From assembly GCA_028534125.1 (NCBI GenBank), contig CM052817.1:10666001-10730000 (forward strand): 64,000 nt of DNA, written 5' to 3'. Source of the stretch: Lama glama. Taxonomy: Eukaryota. Shown here piece after piece: positions 1-11,700 of the stretch. Made by a program: the position numbers and the translations under genes. The notes below the pieces were generated by a model that did no database searches, had not been told where the DNA came from, and worked only from the letters and a program-made list of their open reading frames with translations. How positions within the stretch are numbered: position 1 is the stretch's first letter; each line of letters begins with the position of its first letter.

Positions 1-454
1 TAACAGTTCTGCGGCCCACACCATGGCCTCCCTGGTGGACAAATAAAGTGTCCCTAGACAAGTTACGTAACCTTGGCTTACGGTAATTTTGCATCTTAAA
101 AAAAATGCCATGAAAATCCTTCCTTTGCTTCAGACACACTAGGCTAAAAATAGCACAGTCAGCCAGTAAGTGTGTGTAATTTTTCCTTTGTGCATCTCCC
201 CATCCACTGATTCCTTCCTCTCAGCAGACAAATATGCTCTGAGAAAGACCGCCAGTCCACCCTCCACAAAGTAACCAGAGGGATCCTACTCAAAGGCACC
301 TCAAGTGGTTTCACTTGTCAGGCAAAAAAATACGCAAAACTTCATCAGTTCTCTTTGCCTGAGAGAAGCAGCCAGTGTTGATGGACTCCTTACTACTGCG
401 GGCAAGGCCAGCTGGGCTACAGGCTGGTGGGCCTTACCTCACCAAATTCCCTAA

Positions 455-545
455 AACAAAACCTATGAGCTGAGGGCTTCTCTTGTGTCTCTTTCCAGAT
501 GAGGAAACCAAGGCACTGAGAAATTAAATAATCATGCCAGGGCCC
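455..545 (-). mobile_element. MIR SINE fragment
   Basis: cagatgaggaaaccaaggcactgagaaattaaataa matches the reverse MIR core. Confidence 0.65.
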
Positions 546-1134
546 TGTTCACACCACGCTAACGCCCAACAGACAGCCTCTCAAGGATAGAGACCACAGC
601 CCCACTGGACATAAAAAAGCCTTTGCAATCAACCCCCATGTCCTCTCCGGGTTTACCTCCAACCCCCTCACCGATCTACCCCACACATGTATATACCCGC
701 TCTGATGTGCACCCTGGTTCCTAAGCCCCAGCCATGCCAAGATCCTCACCGAGCTTCCTTAAACAAAGCGTCACCTTCCAAGATTCAGTTTCTTTGCCTG
801 GGCCTTTCCTTCTGCCAAACACATCCTTTCCAGCCCCATTCTCAAATTGGCAAATTCCTGTTCATCCCTCAAGGTCCTTCTTCCCTGCAAATCCTTACTC
901 TCCCGGAGCCCTTTCAAGTCAGGCATGTTGCCCTCTGCATCCCCAGGCCAGTAATACAATGAAGCGTGATCGCGGCCATTCCCACTTAGAGGGTGGAGGC
1001 CCCGTGCTCATCACTGTACAGGAATAATCTCACTGATGCTCATAAAAATCCAAAGACATAGATTCTATCACCATCCCCACATTCCCCATGAGCACAGAGG
1101 GATAAATTAACTCACTGAAGGTCACATAAATAGT

Positions 1135-1839
1135 TTGGTGCAACCATTATGGAAAACAGTACGGAGATTCCTCAAAAATCTAAAAATAGGCTTACCATAT
1201 GATCCAGCAATCCTAGTCCTGGGCATATATCTGGGGGAAACTTTAATTCAAAAAGATACATGCACCCCAGTGTTCATAGCAGCACTGTTTACAATAGCCA
1301 AGACATGGAAACACCCTAAATGTCCATCAACAGATGACTGGATTAAAGTTGTGGTATATTTATATAATGAAATACTACTCAACCATAAAAAAGAATAAAA
1401 TAATGTCATTTGCAGCAACATGAATGGACCTGGAAATCATCATTCTAAGTGAAGTAAGCCAGAAACAGAAAGAAAAATACTGTATGATATCACTCATATG
1501 TGGAATCTAAAAAAAGAAAAAAGAAGACACTAATGAACTCATCTACAAAACAGAAATAGACTCGCAGACATAGTAAACAATCTTATGGTTACCGAGGGGA
1601 AAGGGGGTAGGAAGGGATGAACTGGGAGTTTGAGATTTGCAGATATTAACTACTATATATAAAAACAGAAAAAACCAAATTTTTTCTGTATAGCACAGGG
1701 AACTATATTCAAATATTATAATAACTTTTAATGAAAAAGAAAATAAACATGAATATATATGTACATGTATGACTGGGACATTATGCTGTACACCACAGAT
1801 TGACACATTGTAACTGACTGTACTTCAATTAAAAAAAAA
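1135..1839 (+). mobile_element. 5'-truncated LINE-1 (ORF2 C-terminus, 3'UTR, A tail) inserted in a MIR
   Basis: [28 protein letters not shown]...[29 protein letters not shown] is the L1 ORF2 end. Ends tacttcaattaaaaaaaaa. TSD gtcacataaatagt (1121-1134) / gtcacacaaatagt (1840-1853). Confidence 0.95.
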
Positions 1840-3719
1840 GTCACACAAATAGTAGAGGAACAAGTCTGCAGAAATTAATCATTTCATGCTCACACTGCAG
1901 TAGGAAACAGTCTTATTGAATACCATGACTGCTCTGCCTACAGCGTGTGTGCGTGGATCTGTGGATCTGATCTATAAGATGCACATTACCCACACGAAAA
2001 CAGTGATAACTTAGAATCTAGTCACAAAATGGCTGCCTCTGTGAAATGTGGCTTTTAAAAAAGACTGCTGTTGGCCGCCGAGAATGTCAATTGTCATGAT
2101 GGATAAAACATGAATAAGATAGAACCTGACCTCAAGGATCTCTTCGATCTAGTGAAGAAAATGAGATAACATTGCATACAGCTCATGACATAGCCCACTT
2201 TTTACCAAATACCACTTTTCTCCTTGACTTGAAGATATGTCCTTCAAGTGGCCTCATATATTAACTGGCTGTGTCCCAACCTACTGGTTCTAGATCAACA
2301 CTAACTCTTAACATTGATTGAATCTCCCTCTTTCCAGTAGGAACTGTGCAAAAATCTTTTGATTTATCGACATTTCACAAGGTTGTGGGCTGGCTGCCTC
2401 TTGAGTCCGAAATAATACAAGAGAAATAAAAACAGGGGGAGAAAGGATCTGCCCTCAAGTAGGAGGGAAAAAGCTTTCTTAAAAGGAGACAGTCCTGGGT
2501 GCATGATTTCTGACTGGTATTGAATGCTCATGGTAATCACAGTAGTCGCCATTGCTGACCCTTTATATCAGCAGCTCTCTGCCTCACTCGGGAAAAGACT
2601 GATTACTTAGAATGCTATTCCCTTGAGTTCAAATCATGATACAAAGGAGCCAGATAATTTTTTAAATACCTACATCACGCTAATTTGAAAAACTTAAACA
2701 CTAGTGTAAATAATTCAGGCAACTCAAAATTATATTTTAAGGAGATTTAAGAATACAGTGAAATACTCCTCATTTTAGGTTAAAGAACCGGATTCAAAAG
2801 GGTTCACAGAATGTTCTTACGCACATAAAGGCACATGCATATGTCTGTGTGCATTAGATTGATATGCTAAAATGTTAACAGCAATTGTTTGCACAGTAGA
2901 ACTAAAAATCATTTGCATTTACCTCTTTGTACATTGTTGCATTTTACAACTATTCTATTATTGATACTGCACCAAGTTTTTAAAATAAAAAAAAGGAGAC
3001 ATATATTTTGAAACATACACAACTTTATTTTAAATAGATTGGCAAGGAAAACAGTCATAAATTCTAAAGCAATAAAGCTTAGTGATGTGTTTTTCAACAT
3101 CAATAGCATGATGCTAAAGATCGATACCATTTTAGGGCAAACTGGAGAATTGGAGAAGGAGAAAGGGGTGTAAAACGGAAAAGTTTTTGTAGGGTTGAGG
3201 ATGAATGAGTGATCGGGAAGAGCGATTTGGCCACGTCCGGGTCGTTACCCAGGCAACTAGTGTTGTGATTTAGAAAACCTGAGGCCCCTTCTGCATCTGC
3301 AGCATGTGGTCCAGGGGAGTGCCACTCGTGTCTGGTTTCTGCACTTTCAAAATCAAGAAGTTTAGGCCAGATGATCACTTCTGTTATTCCAGCCCTGAAA
3401 TTCTGGGATTCAGCTAACTGGGGAGTCACAGACTCCATCAAATGTTCTGTATCAGAACCTTTCAAAGGCAGGTGAGATGCACCAACTACTTAATTTCAAC
3501 TTCAAGGAAGAAATTTCAGCCAACTGCGGGGTAGTCACGGCTAACATTAAGGCATAAGAAGACATTTTTTGTGTGTATGGCCAAATGGTTAGCCTTGTTT
3601 ATTAGTGCAACTTTTGCTTGCCCACACAGATTTTCAATTTCAAGATCAAATCCTCAGAAGTCCTAAGAAATGACTCATACTGGGAAGTAAAATTTAGCAA
3701 GCACTACCCTCTCAAAAAA

Positions 3720-3720
<1 letters not shown>

Positions 3721-3749
<29 letters not shown>
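3721..3749. repeat. (TG)n microsatellite
   Basis: About 14 perfect TG units. Confidence 0.95.
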
Positions 3750-3752
<3 letters not shown>

Positions 3753-4671
3753 GAAACAATTTAATGTTTGGGCTATGCAAACTATTTCTCTAGAAAGGTT
3801 GATTAAAAATTATTGCTAATGTGGAACTCTAAATAAAAATCACAGGTGACCTTGTCGATGAAATGAAGTGTAGGAAGGTATGGGTAAGTTAAAAATTCAA
3901 TATGAAAAATCAGGGAGGCTCTCCACTGAACCTGGTGGGACAGATCAGCACGTCGTAACGCCCAGCTGCATCCATAAGGACCGCAGAGGCAGGTAGCTTT
4001 ATTACCCATCAACCTGCTCCCTCGGGCCAGAAAGATACCGCACGGTGCCGGCCAGCACATCACCGGTTCCACCCGTGCACTTGTTCAGTGTGTTAAGGAG
4101 AAAGCCACAAGGTGTCACAGTGGATCCGTTTGGCAGGGCTCTTATCAGTCCGGACACGTGGGGGTGCTTTATGCCTCCACCTGCTGCTGACACAGCTCCC
4201 TTGGAGAAGTCTGTGCCAAGCTGCATATTGAGAAGTGTGCTTCTTTAAGGAAAATGGCCAGTCAAGGCCAGCCGGTGCATTCTCCAGCCTGCCCCAGGCC
4301 CCTGTTTAGGTGGCCCTACAATGGCAATGGTGAAGGGGACCACGTCAACGTGCTGTTGTCTCCACTGAGTTTGGGGAGATCATGGACCAGAAGGAGTAGG
4401 AGTAATATGTCATCACTACTCTATGATGGTGGAACACCTTTTTATATACACAAAGGTTATTAAAAATAGGTTGCAAATGAAATAGAATAGAAATGGAAAG
4501 TGACAGCAGTTTGAGTGTTTTCTCCGTGGTAAGGCACAGTTACGAAAAGCACCATCACATATTATGAGAGCCCCAAACCCACAAGTGCTACAACATGTCA
4601 CTGCAAGTTCCCTTCATTACACTGAAATATGTTATTGCAAGCCATGTAAGACATATATTTAAAAATACTTT

Positions 4672-4940
4672 CATGGTTACCAAAGGGCAGGGAGGGATAA
4701 ATTAAGAGTATGGGCTTAACAGACACACACTACTATGTATAAAATAGATAAGCAACAAATGTTAATGTATAGCACAGGGAACTATATTCAATATCTTGTA
4801 ATAACTTATAATGGAAAAGAATCTGAAAAAGAGTATATATATGTGTATATATATATATGTATATATGTATAATTGAATAAATTTGCTGTACATCTGAAAC
4901 TACCACATTGTAAATCAACTATACTTCAATAAAAAATAAA
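4672..4940 (+). mobile_element. LINE-1 3'UTR fragment
   Basis: atggttaccaaaggg...tatagcacagggaactatattcaatatcttg...aatcaactatacttcaataaaaaa, the same 3'UTR family as 61826-62616. Confidence 0.9.
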
Positions 4941-5025
4941 TACATACATAAAGACACTTTTAGGAAATCAAGCAAAGTTTTGCATGACTTACATGACAAA
5001 TTGCAGAGAGGACAGAGAATAAGGG

Positions 5026-5077
5026 CATCACCACCATCACCATCATCACCATCATCATCACCACCATCATCATCATC
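5026..5077. repeat. (CAT/CAC)n trinucleotide repeat
   Basis: catcaccaccatcaccatcatcacc... adjoining a MIR tail. Confidence 0.9.
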
Positions 5078-5079
5078 AT

Positions 5080-5250
5080 AGTTCCCATTTATTAAGCACT
5101 TACTATATACCAGACATTTTACATGCATTAGCCATTCACCTGCCAACCTAAAACTCAGGTTAAGAAAACAAATGTTTAGAAAAGTTAAGTGACTTCCCTA
5201 AGATGACACAGCAAGCAAGAGGCAGAGGCAAGGTTTGGGTCCACAACTGA
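5080..5250 (-). mobile_element. MIR SINE
   Basis: catttattaagcacttactatataccagaca...gttaagtgacttccctaagatgacacagc. Confidence 0.7.
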
Positions 5251-5969
5251 CTTATTATAAGTCATATTTCAGTTCAGATCATTCCAGGTATGCCACTCTT
5301 TTCACTCCCAAGTGAAAAACACTGGCAGAAAAAAACTACGTGTGTTTCATAACCAGAAGTTTCACACATACACAAACACAATCTGATTGGAGAGAGCATA
5401 TCTCTCTCATTTGTCTCTCTGTCTCTTTTATACACATGCACACATCATACAATTTGCAAAAAAGCTATTATAAACCACAGCATTATATACTAATAAAAAT
5501 TCCCTTATCTTCTATGTGTGCAAAATCACTTTAAAATAGCTAATTAATGGTCCTGAAAGCCCTTTCCCAAGACACAAAGTACTCTAGGAACTGCAAGGTA
5601 TTATCATGATTCATGTCATAATTCAGGGCTCTGGGCCCTCAGGTAGATCCAAAGAGAGAGGTGGTGAGAATATCAAATGAGAAAAAAGCACTGGGACAAG
5701 TATAAATATTTTTAATCAGAAGTCAGGAGATTCCCAACAGATTCACACCACCCAGAGGGCGAAGTTCTCAGCTCAACACTTCCATCACAGAACAAATTCT
5801 CCTTTTCAACATCCTTTTTCCTGCAGGCCTGCTGAACATTCTCTCTGTGAACGCTCACGGGGCTGTTAGGCTCACATATCCTTTTCCAACTGTAACTGTA
5901 GGTTACTATTGGGACGATTCAAGGCAAATTCCAGTGTCAGTCTGGATTTGTGTTGGTACAGCTTAATTT

Positions 5970-6715
5970 CCTTTATTGAACAGATATATGTTGCTTATCA
6001 ACTATATGCCATGGGGCCTTGGACAGAAAGCCAGGAACTCGACAACTGGGCCCTTGTCCTCACACGGCTCATATTCTATTGAGGACAGGGAGACACTTAA
6101 GAAATAAACTAGAAGCAAGAAAGTATCCACCCTCGATAATTCCTCTAAAGAAACTGATCAGGGCATGTGACAGAAAGTGAGTGGGGCTGGTGGGGGTGGG
6201 TGGTCACTTTAACTGAGGTGATCAAGGAAGGCCTTTCTGTGAAGGGGGCATGTGGTTGATCAGTAGACCTACTAAGTGCTGGGGCTCTTATCCTTCAAGG
6301 CCGTTATTTTCTTTGAGAAATTTAATCAATTACCTGCAAATAAAGCCAACACCATGCCAAAGTCTAACTCAAATGAGATCTCCCAGTACTCATATGGGTT
6401 ATTCTGAAGAAATCCATACATCCATTCTATCACTGAAGACAAGAGTGTTGAGATACGAACAAGCTTGGTAAGTGAATGGGTCCAACGAAGTCCCTTGTGG
6501 CTGGAGTTTTTTGAACATGGGGTAAGCCTGGACCATCAGGAAGCAATAGATCAACAGAACCTTAAAGCCAGAGTAAGGAGCTTGGAATTTGTTCTACATG
6601 TGAGGGGAGGCTGGAGAGTGATACGATCTGATTTCTGCTTCAGAAATATCACCTTGGCTGCTTGTGGGAAAACAGATTATAAGGTGCAAAGAGGGAGCAG
6701 GAAGTACATTTAGGG
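5970..6715 (-). mobile_element. Fragmented LINE-2
   Basis: ggtgatcaaggaaggcctttctg, gtaaggagcttggaatttgttct and atcaccttggctgcttgtgg are typical reverse L2 pieces. Confidence 0.6.
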
Positions 6716-8079
6716 GGAAAGAAAAGCTGGGGGCTTGTGATGTCCTCAGAACAGGACTGATTCCTCTTCTTTAGAGGGTTCCTCCTAATCTTTAATGCTA
6801 AGCCTTCTGTTTTTAATTGGAAGACTTGAATTTCAAATTTGGCTAGTTAAAAGTGGTATAAATGAGGGCAAAGTGCAGCTGTCAGGGTTGTCAACAGGGA
6901 GTGGGTGGTCTTGGCCAGCATGTTCAGGAGAGAACATGGAAGGAGGGAGTTAGAAGAGCCAGCTCCTGGGGACCATTGATCAGGTAGGACCCCACTGGTC
7001 ATGTATGCCCAATATCCCCGTCAAAACTTGCCTGACCGATGTTCTGCTTACCTATGCCAAACTGATAAACACATTCTAACAGGGTATCGCTCCAGATCTT
7101 ATTTTTCTTAGATGAATGTATTTTTGGTCTTGGTCTTTTTGGACTTGGTCTTCACCTCTCTGAGCCTCAGTTTCCTTATCTGTTAATGGAAAACCAGAAC
7201 ACATGCCTCTTGGACTTGGGAGTGGATCACATGAAAAGATCTATCTTATCTCTGAGAATTGGCAGGCATTTACCATAAAGACCATGGCTTCACAGGTAGC
7301 TAAAGTTGGCTGCAAAGATAGGAAGGAAATATCATCTTCCACAAGGAAATGCAGAAACACACAATATGGAGAGATTGGCTCTTAAGAGAGGATCAGACTA
7401 GAAGAATCAGAAGCCAAAACATGAGGGGAGGTCTTTTCCCTCCCTGTCTTTATTGTCTCTAAGATTCTTAATTGATTACCTGCAATGGAAGCTAATATCA
7501 TACCAAATTCTAATTCTGCTTTACTCTCTTAATCTTACATTTGGAGGAGGCAGGTGGCACCACCAAAAATGGGATAGCTTTTATGCTCCCCCCATTACTG
7601 TTTAAAATAACTAAAACACCATCTTCCACAGAGCATGGCTGAGAAGAATCAAGCACTGAATGGAAATCTAAATATTTTTCAGTTAAAAAGTTAAACTCTT
7701 AGATAAGTATGCATAGTATTCCACAACAATTCCAGTGGCTCTTCAGATAAGGCCACTTCAGTGAATACTGGAAATATTCATCCTTCAATAGGGAGTGTGA
7801 TTTCAGTTCTTTCCAAAAACTAGATATATTTTCATCTCTAACTCCATCCTTTGGAATTTCACGTGGTCCCTTTATAAATCAGTCAGGCATTTGAGAGGCA
7901 AATAATCCAACCAGTTTGGGTGGATGGGGTCAACTTTCCAGCCACTGCCAAAGTCAACGTACCCAAGGAAAAAGTGAATGTATTCACCTAATAAATTTGC
8001 ACAGGTGAAACCAGACTCCTAGCTATATTTCTTATCTCAGAGACGTGCAACAGCAAAGCAGTCAACAGCATGACCTCTA

Positions 8080-8265
8080 AAACTACCATCTGTGTGACCT
8101 TAGACAATTTACTTAACCCTTTATTTCCTCATCAGTAAGACAGTAGATATTAGTGGTACCTATCTCAGGAGGTGATTATGAGGGTTACATGAGTTGACCT
8201 ACAGAAAACACTTAGCACCTTGGCCCTACAGACAGTGAACACTGCATAGATGCTCATTGCTGTCA
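8080..8265 (+). mobile_element. MIR SINE
   Basis: ctgtgtgaccttagacaatttacttaacc...tacctatctcaggaggtgattatgagggttacatgag. Confidence 0.7.
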
Positions 8266-8575
8266 TCATGACTACCTTTCAGAAAGGTGTACATCTTTCA
8301 ATACACAAATGCACAGTGTAATAACCTAACATGGCACCACACTGTAAGAGATGGTTTGTATGTCTTTGTTACCAAATCGTAAGCTTCTAAACAGACCATA
8401 TCTTCCATCGTCTCTGTATTTCCAGACTCTGATATTATCATTGCCCAAAGTACAGAAATTCTTGAAAGAATGGCTGAAGTTTGCCTCAAGTATTAATAGT
8501 TGCTTATGTTCAGATGCAAGCAGCCAGCATTTAAATATATACAAAAAAATCTAAGCTTCTAAGCTTAAGTTCATA

Positions 8576-8705
8576 GAAAGAAAGAAAGAAAGAAAAAAAG
8601 AAAGAAAGAAAGAAAGAAAGCGAGCAAGGAAGAGAAAGTAAGAAAGAAAAAGAGAGAAAGGAAGAGAGAGAGAAAGGAAGAAAAAGAAAAAAGAAAGGAA
8701 AAAAG
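8576..8705. repeat. (GAAA)n / purine-rich simple repeat
   Basis: gaaagaaagaaagaaag... Confidence 0.9.
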
Positions 8706-11700
8706 AGTGGAAGAAAATATCTCGGTCAGAAAATGACAAAGGTCCATATAAATATCTACATCTTTACTGAACACGTTTTCAAAGCTCTGTTTTCTGCTAC
8801 TTTCAAAAAGAGATTGTTTTCCCAGATCACTTATATTCCGAGACCCACCAATCAAATCCAAATAAGTAACTTTATGAATCTTGCTCTTGACAATCTTGGG
8901 GGTTGTTTTGTGTGTTCTTTGCTTGCTTAGAAAGGGGGTGTTCTGTGTTCCTCATGAAAATGAGTTAATGTGGACAAAAGTAATAAAAGGAGATTTATAG
9001 CCCTGTCTCCATACAATTTAAATTAATTTCTTTTCAAAATCCAAACAAAAAGCTAAATGCTTAAAAAATGCATACTGTTTAAATCCTATATCATAATTTA
9101 CACACCAAAAGGGGAAAGGTTTAAATGTGCATTGATTTCAGGCTGATAAGAATCTGTGTTGAATGTGAGTTGAGAGTTTTTTTTTTTTCCCCTTCTTGGC
9201 CTCTAACGAATTGTTAGTTTGCAGCAATTTTTAATTAAAAACAGTTCCCATAGTAAGAAAATGGGGAGGGGAAGACCTTAGGAAAATAAAATCAGTACAA
9301 GAGTCCTGCAGTGTGTTTTCTGAGGCCATGTAGAGATCTTGAAAAATAAGAGAGTTTGGAAGTTCTCATTTTTAAAACTTCACTTTTGGTTTCATTTAAC
9401 ATTTTCAAAATAGCTTTCCTTACCACTACTAATTCCCCCCTCCCCCCATCCTCCCCCACCCACTTCGAGCAACTCGGAGAGTTCTGTGTTTAACACCGAA
9501 AATCATTCATATGCCTCAGAGTAACAGCACCATTTTTCTTTCTAAATTTCTAGGAAAAAAAAAAAAATCCGAGTTCTCACCAAGCAGTTTTCATTTTTTT
9601 CCACCTATCCAAAATACCTAATCTCATTTTAACTAGACTCCATCTGAACATCAGAGATACTAAGCTATCCCATGAATAAACATGATGTTTCAACATGAAA
9701 CCCTGTGACTGAAGTATATAAAAATGTAGCTGAAAGAGAAGACCAAGAGCCCTCCGCCCGCTCCCACCCGCTCCCACCCCCTCCCCGGGGAGTCGGAGAG
9801 TTGCGCTGAGGCGGGGTGAAAGCAGCAGATTTCAATTTCAAGGTCTTTAAATATTTTCAACGTTCATATTAAATCCAGTAAAACTAAAACCCGTAATTCT
9901 AATAAAATCCTCGTGTGCGTGGCTTCCAATTGTAATCACAGTTTTCTCTTTGGGAGTGGGATGTGTAATATTGATAAAAGGAAAAAAAAACCCCGCAAAA
10001 CAGAGGCAATACATCCTGGAACCCACACTTTCCTGGTACTTGTTATATTGTATTAAAATTAGCATACTGCCAACATGAAAAAAATTCTCTATACTTAAAA
10101 ACATCTTCATTGGAGTGGAGACGTTTTTGAATAAGGAAACCAGGTATAGAAAAGTTATCTACAGTAACGGACATGTGTATGACTTGATAAACTTTCCTAA
10201 ATTCTATAATAATCCAACATTATTGAAATCCTTTCACTAAAAATGAAGGTCACTGCGATGATCTCATATCTTACCTATACATATTTTTAATCTCATAGCG
10301 CAGACCTCAGGAAATGAAAAAAAAATTACTGTTTTTGTTATTCTGGAAGCTTCTTGCAGAACAAATTCTGAAATCTTTAGAGCATATTTTTGTGTTCGTA
10401 TCTGACTGTACTGTGTGGAGGGTTAAACTATATAACTGTGCAGTTGCTTCTTCCAAAATACATTTGAAGCAGCAAGACCATTCGCACAGTAAATGAATTT
10501 GGGCAGACATTGGGTCAATCCACAGCAGCATACACAACGGAAAATGTAGCCCTCTTCCTACTGCCTGGAATGACAGTGGCCAACAGTGCCGCACAGCTCC
10601 AAGAGTTTCTCTTAATTTCAATTAAAAAGAGGGGGAGACACTCATACACTTCTTTGTGGAATTCCACTGAGATTCTGATGTTGCAAAGGAATATTATTTC
10701 CCTGAATAGCCAACAGCATTTAAAACAGATTTTTGTTGTTTCTGTTTCCTTTGTAATGCCGTCCGATTCCTTTAAAAGGAGATGAGGTCCTATAACCTCT
10801 TAGACACTTGCTTTCCTTTGCCACAAAGATTAGGGGTCTAAATTTCCTCGTGTTGAAATAAATGTAGAGAATGGGGGGACAGGAGTTTTAGGGGAATGGG
10901 AAGCAGATCCTCAAAGCAGCATCAGGAGGTACCAGGCCCACCAAAGGCATTAGAATAGGTTTCTCAGGAAAGGTGCCAATTTCAATGACAGAGTTGTCAA
11001 ACTCCTCCTTCAGCCACTGACTCATGGATGGGCTAGTTCGCAAATGTTTACTGAGTACCTACTTTGTCCCAGGAACTGCTTGCTCCCAGCACCGGCATTA
11101 AACAGGACTGGCAGGGTCTCTCCTTTCAATATTTCCTGTACTATTAATTACCTTCTTACTTCAGTACCATTTGTGATTTTAAACTAAATACAGGGAGCAA
11201 AGAAATAACGTCTGCGCTCTTTAGAGTTCCCAACACTTTCTCATACTAAATAGAAAACCAAAGCCCGGACTTTTGTAGCATCTGAATTTTTAAATTTAAT
11301 TTATTGCAGGGAATTTGCTGATGAGGAACCCAGATCCATGCCAACTAGTTAGTAAGTGACAGAAACAAGTTCAAAACAGGATTAACTCCCCATGCAGTGT
11401 TCTTTCAACTAAAACTACCCACCTTCTGAAGGGCTTTGGTTAGATTTAATAGGAAGAAAGCCATCAATACGCAGGGGAGAAGGTTATGGGGGTCAGCTAT
11501 GGAAGGGGGCCGGGGAATCACCATGCTCGTTACGTCTTACTTTCCTTACCATAAAGATTTCCTACCATTTCTTTCCAGGCAAGGACAAGTCTATGTTCAA
11601 AAAGGAATGGAGAGTCAAGAGTATTACCCAGGCGTGTGTGTGTGTGTGTGTGATATTAGGAGTCGATGAAATAATACCGTGACATATAGGAGTAAGAACC

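Noticed and set aside
4919..5146. Asp/Gly-rich ORF
   Set aside because: Translation of the (CAY)n microsatellite and a MIR.
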